This document shows positions 1 to 7,230 of a DNA stretch of 64,000 nt, one piece after another; the first letter of the stretch is position 1, and every line of letters begins with the position of its first letter. The notes beneath the pieces are model-generated. The model worked only from the letters and a program-made list of their open reading frames with translations. It made no database searches and was not told the DNA's origin. The stretch is from Armatimonadota bacterium (GTDB taxonomy: Bacteria; Armatimonadota; HRBIN16), in assembly GCA_026003175.1 (NCBI GenBank), contig BPGT01000006.1, positions 36,025-100,024 on the forward strand, in the 5' to 3' direction. The position numbers were made by a program, and so were the translations under genes.

Positions 1-1788
1 CCGAGCAGCTCTGAAGCGGACGTAGTGGGCGCGGCGGCGCGCCGACAGGTACCCGATAACCTCAAAATTACCTTCCCGCTGATGGCGATACAAGCGCGCG
101 GACGGTACGTGGGTTTGGTCTGGCAACCCGATGAGCGGTTCTGCGCGTTGTTCGATTCGCCGGACCGCTTCTTCGCCTCCGGGGCGCACGTGATGGGCAT
201 CCTCAGCCCCGGCTCCAATGGGGTGAACCGCGAGGAGGGGAAGCTGATCCCCAGTTTCCCCATCCTATTGCAGCCGAACCAACCTCTGGTGTTGAACGCT
301 ACCCTCATCGGTGGGCGAGGGGAAAGCGTGGTGCCAGCCATCCAGCAATACGTGCGCCTGCGCGGCTTGCCTCCCCTGCCGAATATCGGCGTGAACTTTG
401 CAGGGTATGTGTCGCTGGCGGCGGGAGGATGGCTGGACTCGCGCATCCGCGAGGGCTATCTGTTCCGGCATGCTTTCTGGCCCGGCTTTGACCCCCAGCC
501 CTCTGCAGATGCGGCGGTGCTGATGGAGTGGCTGGCAGCTTACACCTCCGACCCCAATCTGGCGCAACGTCTGCGCGAAACCGCCATTGGAGCTATTGCG
601 CAGGTTCCTCAAAGTGCAATGAACTTCTATAACATCTCGCATAACGCCTATCCGGTGGCTGCGCTGGTGTACGGGTATGTGGCGGACAATATGGAGACTG
701 CCCGACAGGTCGGCTGGCAGATAGTGTCGCGCTTCGAGCCGGATGGCACGCTCATCTATCGTCCCGAACCCGGCAAGCCCGACTATGGACGCACGCACTA
801 CGCCCCCGACGCCAGCGGATACACTGCCGCCGCAGTGGTGCAGGTGCTGGAGCATGGCGCGTTCAGCGGTGACCGCCAGCTGATTGCCGAAGGACTACGC
901 TTGCTACGGGCGATGGACAAGTTCCGTAACGGCGTGCCGCGCGGTGCGCAGACATGGGAAATCCCGTTGCATACCCCCGATATCTACGCCGCAGGTCTGC
1001 TGGTACGTGCCTACCTGATGGGCTACCTGCTCACCGGTTACCGGGACTATCTGGAACAGGCGCGATACTGGGCGTGGACGGGCGTGCCGTTCGTGTACCT
1101 GGTGAACCCGGCGAACCAGAATACTGGCACATACGCCACCATTCCCGTCTACGGCGCGACCAACTGGGTGGCGCCCGTGTGGTTTGGACTACCCGTGCAG
1201 TGGTGCGGACTGGCGTACGCCGACGCCCTTTACCGGCTGGCACGGGTAGACCCTTACGGTGGTCCCTGGCGTGCGATAGCGGACGGCATCACCGCTACCG
1301 GAATCCAGATGACGTGGAAGCAGGACGATATCGAAAGACAGGGGCTGCTGCCGGATGTGTTTCACCTGCGCACTCAGGTGCGCGACGGACCGCCGATCAA
1401 CCCGGGTACGGTGCAGACGGACGCTGTTCGGTTGTTCCACGCCACGCCCGTCTACTCGCTGCAGGCGGTGCATCCCACCAAACTGCTTATTCACGCGCCC
1501 GGGCAGATAGACCAGGTGCTGGTGCGCACTCCTCTGCCGGGCAACCCGCGCCGTTTGCAGGTTTCCTTCCGCGTCACCCCGTGGCTATCGCGTCGCTACT
1601 ACATCCTGATTAACGGTCTAGATCGGATGCCTCGGGTGCGCGTCAACGGCACGCCGGTAACCATCACCTCGCCGCATCAGTATCTGCCTTCGAGGAGCCT
1701 TGTACTGCAGCTGCTGGGTACCAGCCGGGTGGAACTGCTCATGGAACCTGCAGCCAACTCACCCGCGCCTGTGTCAGGTGAACGGTAG
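1..1788 (+). CDS. hypothetical protein, 5'-partial (frame open to window edge); function not recognisable
   Basis: ORF 25..1788 has no in-frame stop between nt 1 and 25, so it enters from upstream. It is a long GC3-rich ORF. Overlapping ORFs (265..855 -, 954..1613 +) are Arg/Pro/Gly-rich off-frame artefacts. Confidence 0.6.
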   Translation, partial: PSSSEADVVGAAARRQVPDNLKITFPLMAIQARGRYVGLVWQPDERFCALFDSPDRFFASGAHVMGILSPGSNGVNREEGKLIPSFPILLQPNQPLVLNATLIGGRGESVVPAIQQYVRLRGLPPLPNIGVNFAGYVSLAAGGWLDSRIREGYLFRHAFWPGFDPQPSADAAVLMEWLAAYTSDPNLAQRLRETAIGAIAQVPQSAMNFYNISHNAYPVAALVYGYVADNMETARQVGWQIVSRFEPDGTLIYRPEPGKPDYGRTHYAPDASGYTAAAVVQVLEHGAFSGDRQLIAEGLRLLRAMDKFRNGVPRGAQTWEIPLHTPDIYAAGLLVRAYLMGYLLTGYRDYLEQARYWAWTGVPFVYLVNPANQNTGTYATIPVYGATNWVAPVWFGLPVQWCGLAYADALYRLARVDPYGGPWRAIADGITATGIQMTWKQDDIERQGLLPDVFHLRTQVRDGPPINPGTVQTDAVRLFHATPVYSLQAVHPTKLLIHAPGQIDQVLVRTPLPGNPRRLQVSFRVTPWLSRRYYILINGLDRMPRVRVNGTPVTITSPHQYLPSRSLVLQLLGTSRVELLMEPAANSPAPVSGER

Positions 1789-2058
1789 GGTACAGTGGCA
1801 GGAGAGGGGATTACCCGATGCAGAGCGTGCTGGTATCGCCAAAGAGGGCTGGCCGCATAGCACAGTGCTACCCCCACTTTCGCCTCAAGCAGGAGTGGTT
1901 TACCAGCGAACATTTGCCTGACCCCTGCACCGCATGGCAGCAGATGCAGGGATAACGTATCTGGGGATTGGAACGCCTCTACACCGCCGCTGACCCGGGT
2001 TGCACGGCTCGGTATAACCTAGACAGCAGCAAGCCATAACAACCCTTCACCAAGCCTT

Positions 2059-2183
2059 TCCACCTCCACAACGTTTCCACACTGCCCTGCTGATACCGCA
2101 ACACCCGAACAGGTCAGCCAGGTTGTTGCTGACCACCGATGCCGACATGTTCCTCATCACTTCCGCGGTGCCTGGTTGGTCAA
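2059..2183 (-). pseudogene. decayed Rhs-core remnant, distal half (..VSNNLADLFG / frameshift / LRYQQ..WRW)
   Basis: nt 2059-2183 align almost base-for-base with 5731-5856 of the intact YD-repeat gene. One G is missing (ttcgggtgttgcgg vs ttcggggtgttgcgg), which shifts the frame. There is no start codon. Confidence 0.75.
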
Positions 2184-2384
2184 CCTCTCCCCCTTCCCCT
2201 CTCCTGCGAGGAGAGGGGAGCCGCGCATCGGGCGCCTCCTTCCCTCGTAGGGAAGGGGGGCAGGGGGTTAGGTTACCAAACTTTAACCTCTCCCCCTTCC
2301 CCTCTCCTGCGAGGAGAGGGGAGCCGCACGTCGGACGCCCCCTTCCCTCGTAGGGAAGGGGGCAGGGGGGTTAGGTTTCTCCCC
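2184..2384. repeat. chain-of-hairpins intergenic repeat, array 1 (2 units of ~100 bp)
   Basis: Units start at 2184 and 2287. Each has hairpin CCCCTCTCCTgcgAGGAGAGGGG, a short variable spacer, hairpin CCCCCTTCCctcgtAGGGAAGGGGG, then GGGGGTTAGGTTaccaaactttAACCTCTCCCCC bridging to the next unit. It is the same family as 7231..7727. Confidence 0.9.
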
Positions 2385-2545
2385 AACGGGTTAAAGTGAT
2401 GTCACTCACTGTTTCGACGTACCAAAGAGATACCCTGCAGATACAGAGCACTGGCCGCCCAACTGCCACCCTCCAGCGGTTTCTGCTGCTCTACCAACTC
2501 GCCCGCTCCGCACGCTACACCCCGTTCAGGTAGTCCTTGCGCTAT
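2385..2545 (-). pseudogene. decayed Rhs-core remnant, proximal half (GVACGAGELVEQQKPLEGGSW..LVRRNSE*HH)
   Basis: It aligns with 5857-~6030 of the intact gene, with a ~21-nt deletion. The TGG (W of SEWHH) is TGA here (2402-2404). The segment is cut off from its distal half by the repeat array. Confidence 0.75.
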
Positions 2546-2552
2546 CCCTACA

Positions 2553-2735
2553 CTACGCCCTTTGTGAAACCCTGCCCTGCTTGCGTTGCTGCTGTCGTTC
2601 CCGCAGCCGTTGATACCTTTCCTCCCAAAAAGCACGCCGTTCCTCTGGCGTCAAAGACTCCAGCTGCCGCAGCAGCCGCTCTGCCCCCTCTCTCTTCATG
2701 CGAACACAATCAAAGCTCTTCGTCTTCATACTCAA
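2553..2735 (-). CDS. small Arg/Glu-rich protein, possible antitoxin partner of the PIN protein
   Basis: 60-aa ORF (MSMKTKSFDCVRMKREGAERLL..) overlapping the 3' end of the PIN gene by 26 nt on the same strand. Its size and helical charged composition fit a TA partner. No motif is known to me. Confidence 0.35.
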   Translation of the reverse strand: MSMKTKSFDCVRMKREGAERLLRQLESLTPEERRAFWEERYQRLRERQQQRKQGRVSQRA

Positions 2736-3180
2736 TCACCTCCAGAGGCGAGAAGATGCCCACCTGAGGATAACCCCGGCTGAGGTTTACCAGATTGTAT
2801 TGCGCCATGCGCCGAAAATGCACAATATGGCGAAAGTTCCAGCTGACGATGAGAGCACACCCTGACACCGTAGCCAGTGCTACGTGCAACGCATCCATCT
2901 GAGCCGAAGCGGGAACTACCCCAGCCTGAAGATACGCTTGCTGCAGAGACTCCGCCTCTTCGGTAATAGGCACAATCTCCATTTGCTCCAACAGACTGTC
3001 ATACAGAGCCTGCACCGGATCAGGGGCGAAGACGAGTTCCTGACTCACCAGCGGGGACGTGACGAGGAGGAACCTACCAGCCCGCACAGCGGCGAAGAAG
3101 CGCTCTGAGGGCTCCTGAAACTCTTCATCAAAGCAGCCGCCAAACACGGAGCTATCAGCGTACACCCGCACAGGGCGCAT
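2710..3180 (-). CDS. PIN-domain (VapC-like) protein
   Basis: N-terminal acidic start (VYADSSVF), then DALHVALATVSGCALIVSWNFRHIV, the typical C-terminal PIN signature of the SWNF(K/R)HI subgroup. Confidence 0.6.
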   Translation of the reverse strand: MRPVRVYADSSVFGGCFDEEFQEPSERFFAAVRAGRFLLVTSPLVSQELVFAPDPVQALYDSLLEQMEIVPITEEAESLQQAYLQAGVVPASAQMDALHVALATVSGCALIVSWNFRHIVHFRRMAQYNLVNLSRGYPQVGIFSPLEVIEYEDEEL

Positions 3181-3376
3181 TGCGTTCAGCCTCCTCGCTA
3201 TGAAACTATATCACAACTGTCGCCACGTCGCAACGGCACCCATTCTCCTGCTCGCCTCAAGCCGTTCCCTGACACACGAAGCCAGCCTTAGATGGATTGG
3301 TAATTCGCACGAGTTGGCTTCAGCTGCGATTGCCGTGCACCACTGCAGAGGATGAAACATTTCGGCACAGCTCGTA

Positions 3377-3808
3377 TTAACATAGGTCGGTCTTTGGTGA
3401 AGGACCCTGTTTGCGGTGGGAAAGGGCACTCCATGCAGAAGTGATGAGCGACATCCCCCCAACAAATGTCAGATCCATGGATAACAGGAACCCCATCCAG
3501 TAGCCGGTCATTTTGAAGAAGGAGGGAAGGCTGCTGCCCAATGTGTCGGTCAAGGAGAAAAAGATTCCCGCCAAGAAAAAACCCATTAAGGCAATACCTG
3601 TGAAGAAGAGCAGTCCTGCTGTCACGATACCGCGACCTGCGTTTCTTTGTGCCTGTCTTTGCAGACGCATGAACAGCCTGCGTGCGAATCTCCTGACCGG
3701 CTTGCTGCGTCGCATCACGGCGTACAGAATCATCACGACGTAAAAGGTTATCACGGCCCATTGCCCCATGCGAAGATAATCGGCGTGCTCTACGCGTACA
3801 GGTTCCAT
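3377..3808 (-). CDS. 4-TM membrane protein, candidate immunity protein of the orphan Rhs tip
   Basis: ATG at 3808 lies 6 nt after GGAGGTG. Four hydrophobic helices are present (WAVITFYVVMILYAVM, IVTAGLLFFTGIALMGFFLAGIFF, GYWMGFLLSM, VGGMSLITSAW). It lies 90 nt downstream of the orphan tip. Confidence 0.55.
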   Translation of the reverse strand: MEPVRVEHADYLRMGQWAVITFYVVMILYAVMRRSKPVRRFARRLFMRLQRQAQRNAGRGIVTAGLLFFTGIALMGFFLAGIFFSLTDTLGSSLPSFFKMTGYWMGFLLSMDLTFVGGMSLITSAWSALSHRKQGPSPKTDLC

Positions 3809-3898
3809 ATATGCCACCTCCCAATCTATGCAGGCAACATAAGCACAGGGTCTCCCTCCCCCCGTTTATCCTCACCGGGCGCGAAGCCCGAAGACCTC

Positions 3899-4444
3899 TC
3901 ACTGCAGTGTCGGCTGCGCAGGCACCACTGGTAACCTGGGCATTCTGGCTCCTCTCATACACTCCTCGTATTGGCGTAAACAATCATTCATCATCCGCCG
4001 ATAAATGGCGTGACATCCTATGCCACAGAGCGTCCCCGCACCCAGCGCTGCCAGCTCGCATATCGCACCACAGAATGGTTTCAGGGGAGGTGGGGCTGTC
4101 GCCAGACAGAGTGATTGACAAATGCCCGGCCCCCTTGCAACTATCGCAGCACAGATGCCCACACAAAACGCCAGGAATCCTTGTGCTAATAATCTACAGT
4201 GCTGCAGCTGTGTTTCGCAGTCCTTCGCGGGATCAGGAGGTGTTGGCACCGGTATAGGCACAGGGAATGGTATCAACTGACATGGATTCAGGACAGCCGC
4301 CGTGTGAGGCAAGTATAAAATACCCTGTATCCAAATAGCCTCTTCATCGCCACATCTTTTGTCCTTCCACCTCCACGGCGTCTCGGCGCTGCCCTGTTGA
4401 TACCGCAACACCCCGAACAGGTCATACAGGTTGCTGCTGCTCAC
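3899..4444 (-). CDS. orphan Rhs C-terminal tip cassette (..DLFGVLRYQQGSAETPWRW + 160-aa Cys-rich tail), probably not independently translated
   Basis: The first ~75 nt (4367-4441) are nearly identical to 5732-5806 of the main gene, and the tail is unrelated. The only start is a GTG without an SD. Confidence 0.6.
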   Translation of the reverse strand: MSSSNLYDLFGVLRYQQGSAETPWRWKDKRCGDEEAIWIQGILYLPHTAAVLNPCQLIPFPVPIPVPTPPDPAKDCETQLQHCRLLAQGFLAFCVGICAAIVARGPGICQSLCLATAPPPLKPFCGAICELAALGAGTLCGIGCHAIYRRMMNDCLRQYEECMRGARMPRLPVVPAQPTLQ

Positions 4445-4499
4445 ACGCCATCTGGTCGGACGCTGGCACCTGTAGCCTGTCTCGACACGAGTGCCTTAG

Positions 4500-5264
4500 T
4501 TAAGGCAAACGTCCCGTCATATACGTGCGTAATGCTGAGCAAAGATCCCTCCTGTCCACTAACTGCCAGAATAGTGTGAAAAGAAAATCATGAAGGCCTC
4601 GCACGGCATTTCTCTGGGTCTGCGCAGGTCGGAAGATTAGTGCCATCAAGACGAGTGCAAAAGCACTTGCCGTGAGCGTCACTGCAAGCGTTTGTAGGTC
4701 AGTCACGACTATGACCTTCTCTACCAACAAATAACACATGTAGGCTATCAAGCCAAACGAAACGCAAGCAATATCATAGGCTCTCCACAGCTTTGGTATC
4801 CAGTGTGCATCCCGCTCTTTTAGTAATAGCATGAGAGCCACTACGTCCTGCTGTGGGGTGCCAATAAGCCGTTGTAGTACTTCAGCAGTTCTCCTGCGAA
4901 CCTCGCCTCCCTCAGTCGAACCGAGGTGTACAAGTACCTCTATAGCATGTACCCCAGGATTGGTAGACAGAAGGTCAACAATGTGTAGATAGGCACGAAC
5001 ACTGCGAGCGTTGCGGGGTAGCCCTGGGAGGGTTTTCATCTCGCTCCGTAGATAGCGACGCGAGACCTCAGCTATTCGCTCGCTAGGTACCTCCCTTAAC
5101 CTTCCTGCACAGGCGCGCACTACGTCAGGATCGCGGTGGAACAGCCCCTTCAGCAACAGCGATACATCAGCCTCACCCTGAAAGGACTGTCTGTTCCCTC
5201 CCATCGTCCTTAAGCTCTCGAAGAACTGTCTCTCTCGCTGCTTTTGACGCCACCACAGAAACAT
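4500..5264 (-). CDS. HEAT-like N-domain + 2-TM protein, candidate immunity protein of the main Rhs tip
   Basis: ATG lies 24 nt after the Rhs stop and is preceded by GGAGGAAG. C-terminal TM helices are IACVSFGLIAYMCYLLV and LAVTLTASAFALVLMALIF. The region is visibly more AT-rich than its surroundings. Confidence 0.55.
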   Translation of the reverse strand: MFLWWRQKQRERQFFESLRTMGGNRQSFQGEADVSLLLKGLFHRDPDVVRACAGRLREVPSERIAEVSRRYLRSEMKTLPGLPRNARSVRAYLHIVDLLSTNPGVHAIEVLVHLGSTEGGEVRRRTAEVLQRLIGTPQQDVVALMLLLKERDAHWIPKLWRAYDIACVSFGLIAYMCYLLVEKVIVVTDLQTLAVTLTASAFALVLMALIFRPAQTQRNAVRGLHDFLFTLFWQLVDRRDLCSALRTYMTGRLP

Positions 5265-5287
5265 AGCGTCTTCCTCCGTCTACGGTA

Positions 5288-6889
5288 TCAGCGATACCCT
5301 ATTACTAAAGAGCCGCCGTATCCCCGCAGGCGACAGTATAGGTAACCGCCTAACGACCCAACTATACCGCAGATAGCCGCCGCCCAAGGTCCCCAGTGCC
5401 CGCAAAGACATGCTAAGCATCCTCCCAAGGTGAGGTTGCAGTTAGAGGTGAGGACGTCACAAAGAACGCACTCTACGAACCGCGTCCACTGAAGACCCCT
5501 GTTTGAGCAGTTAATCCAGCCTAGCGCTAACGCGCCAGCAAGCATTGAGCACACCCACCAGCAGGGACCACGCCATATTGGGTCATGAAACGGGTAGTGG
5601 CTCGGTGGTGGTATTATACGCCCGCGGTGAGGATTGTTACAGTGCGGTGCGGAGGACGCACTGGCTGAAGCCACTATCCAGCAAGCGCTTGTAGGAACGA
5701 CCTGCATACCGTCTTCTATGGAAATGTGCCTCCATCTCCACGGCGTCTCGGCACTGCCCTGCTGATACCGCAACACCCCAAACACATCAACCAGGTTGTT
5801 GCTGATGACGCTGGCAGAACCATTCGTGATCACCCCCGCCGTGCCTAACGGGTCAAAGTGATGCCATTCACTGTTTCGACGCACCAGCGAAATGCCCTGC
5901 AGATACAGAGCACTCGTCGTCCAACTGCCACCCTCCAGCGGCTTCTGCTGCTCCACCAGCTCGCCCGCTCCGCACGCCACGCCACACGGATACCGCGTCC
6001 ACACCCCGTTGATGTAATCCTTCCGCCAACGCCTGCCTCCGTCAAATCCGTAGCCATACTCATACGCTAACTGCACGTTGCCACCGCCGTAATCCCGGCG
6101 AATGCGGATGAGCCTCCCCTCCTCGTCATACTCCAACAACCGCGTGTAACCCGGTCCCGGAAAACTCGCCAACGTGCCGTCCGCGTTCCACACATACGTC
6201 TCGGTCGTGTTGGTGGCTGCATCCACTACCTGAACCAGCCTGCCTACGCCGTCATACGTATACGTGCCACGATGCGTCTCTACACCGTTCTCCACACGAC
6301 GCGCAAACGTGCGGTTGCCGGAAGCGTCATACTGATACTCCCCCAGATACGGACGGTTCACCGTCCGCTCCTCGCGCAGCAACCTGCCTGCTCCGTCATA
6401 CTGATACGTCGTCACCGCGTTGGACGGGGTTTCGTTCATGCGCGTCACCCTGCCCGCACTGTCATACGTCACCGCGTAGCCAATGATCAGCGCACTCGTG
6501 GAGTGCACCCGATGCTGCACGCTCGTCACCCTGCCCGCGCTGTCGTAAGCGTAGTCCACCCGCGTGTTGTTGGAATATACCTCACGGGTGACCGCACTGT
6601 TGGCGTTGTACGTATACTGCACCCAACTCGTGGGGTCCGACACCCGAACCAGCCTGCCTGCGCCGTCGTAACTGTAGGTTATCTGCCTGCCCGTCACGTC
6701 CGTCTGGCGGGTGAGCCTGCCTGCCCCGTCATATGTGAACTGCGTCTGCCTGCCCATCGGGTCGGTCAATGCCGTCACCTCGCTACTGCGCTGTAGACGG
6801 GATAAGCGGGTTGCCAGGGCTGTGGCGAGCCCGGAGCAGGTTGCAGGGGTGGTGCACCCGATTGCAGGTAGGAGAGGACGAGGTTCCAT
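5288..6889 (-). CDS. short YD-repeat / RHS-family protein with Cys-rich hydrophobic C-terminal tip
   Basis: Repeated YxYDxxGR motifs are present (FTYDGAGRLT, YSYDGAGRLV, YAYDSAGRVT, YQYDGAGRLL, YTYDGVGRLV, LEYDEEGRLI). The core-like segment is WHHFDPLGT..VFGVLRYQQGSAETPWRW. It is in frame with upstream leader ORF 6935..7132 across one TGA. Confidence 0.8.
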   Translation of the reverse strand: MEPRPLLPAIGCTTPATCSGLATALATRLSRLQRSSEVTALTDPMGRQTQFTYDGAGRLTRQTDVTGRQITYSYDGAGRLVRVSDPTSWVQYTYNANSAVTREVYSNNTRVDYAYDSAGRVTSVQHRVHSTSALIIGYAVTYDSAGRVTRMNETPSNAVTTYQYDGAGRLLREERTVNRPYLGEYQYDASGNRTFARRVENGVETHRGTYTYDGVGRLVQVVDAATNTTETYVWNADGTLASFPGPGYTRLLEYDEEGRLIRIRRDYGGGNVQLAYEYGYGFDGGRRWRKDYINGVWTRYPCGVACGAGELVEQQKPLEGGSWTTSALYLQGISLVRRNSEWHHFDPLGTAGVITNGSASVISNNLVDVFGVLRYQQGSAETPWRWRHISIEDGMQVVPTSACWIVASASASSAPHCNNPHRGRIIPPPSHYPFHDPIWRGPCWWVCSMLAGALALGWINCSNRGLQWTRFVECVLCDVLTSNCNLTLGGCLACLCGHWGPWAAAICGIVGSLGGYLYCRLRGYGGSLVIGYR

Positions 6890-6934
6890 AGCCCGTTTGC
6901 CCAGGCGAGCCGTTTGCTGGAAGAGGAGTTGTTG

Positions 6935-7132
6935 TCAGTGGAAAGGGAAGAAACTGTCTCTTTTACCCCCCCCCCTCATGTCGGAGGAGGCGAAGAGCGG
7001 AGCGGCTACCTGCACGGTGAGGCTCAGGATGCACACGGTAGCCAGTGTGCGCAGATACGGAAAGCGTCGTAACATTTTGGTAAGCACCCTCTTTTGTGTT
7101 GTGATGAAAAGCCCTCTTGAGATTTTCGCCAC
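6935..7132 (-). CDS. Sec-type signal-peptide leader ORF, same frame as the YD-repeat ORF (separated by TGA 6935-6937)
   Basis: MLRRFPYLRTLATVCILSLTVQVAAPLFASS (likely start ATG 7075, AGAGGG upstream) looks like an n-h-c signal peptide. The ORF contains a G10 run (C10 on + strand 6966-6975). Confidence 0.45.
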   Translation of the reverse strand: MAKISRGLFITTQKRVLTKMLRRFPYLRTLATVCILSLTVQVAAPLFASSDMRGGGKRDSFFPFH

Positions 7133-7158
7133 ACTGCGGGAGATGTGCTACTGGCTAC

Positions 7159-7187
7159 AGTATAGCACCTCCCTACATGGTTGTCAA
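7159..7187 (-). promoter_or_regulatory. sigma70-type promoter for the leader/Rhs transcript
   Basis: On the minus strand the sequence reads TTGACA (7187-7182), 17 nt, TATACT (7164-7159). Confidence 0.55.
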
Positions 7188-7230
7188 GCATTTTGGCGGG
7201 GGTGGGGGAAAATTTTTTCGGAAGATTCCA

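Noticed and set aside
2123-2399. ORFs 2123..2353, 2139..2399, 7117..7488 and 6711..7295 translating to SPPSPLLRGEG / PFPRREGG peptides
   Set aside because: They are read straight through the hairpin repeat arrays in several frames. The periodic low-complexity translation is an artefact of the repeats, and there are no start signals.
3288-3983. 231-aa ORF 3288..3983 (-) and ORFs 3811..4257 (+), 3647..3934 (+) overlapping the orphan cassette
   Set aside because: They overlap the better-supported TM ORF (with SD) and the Rhs-homologous tip in other frames. No motifs, and Arg/Ser-rich composition.
6935-6937. In-frame TGA between leader and YD ORF as a selenocysteine codon or as evidence of TGA reassignment
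   Set aside because: No SECIS-like stem-loop lies in the ~40 nt downstream; I see only a direct repeat GCAAACGG x2. Many genes in the window end at TGA in ATGA/GTGA/TGATG couplings, so TGA is a normal stop here. Readthrough or a nonsense mutation remain possible (see findings).
6966-6975. G10 tract as a phase-variation switch that would restore a fused leader-Rhs ORF
   Set aside because: Reading both alternatives shows G9 runs into a dead-end frame ending before the YD ORF, and G11 gives an immediate TAA. The present length is already the in-frame one, so slippage cannot bypass the TGA.
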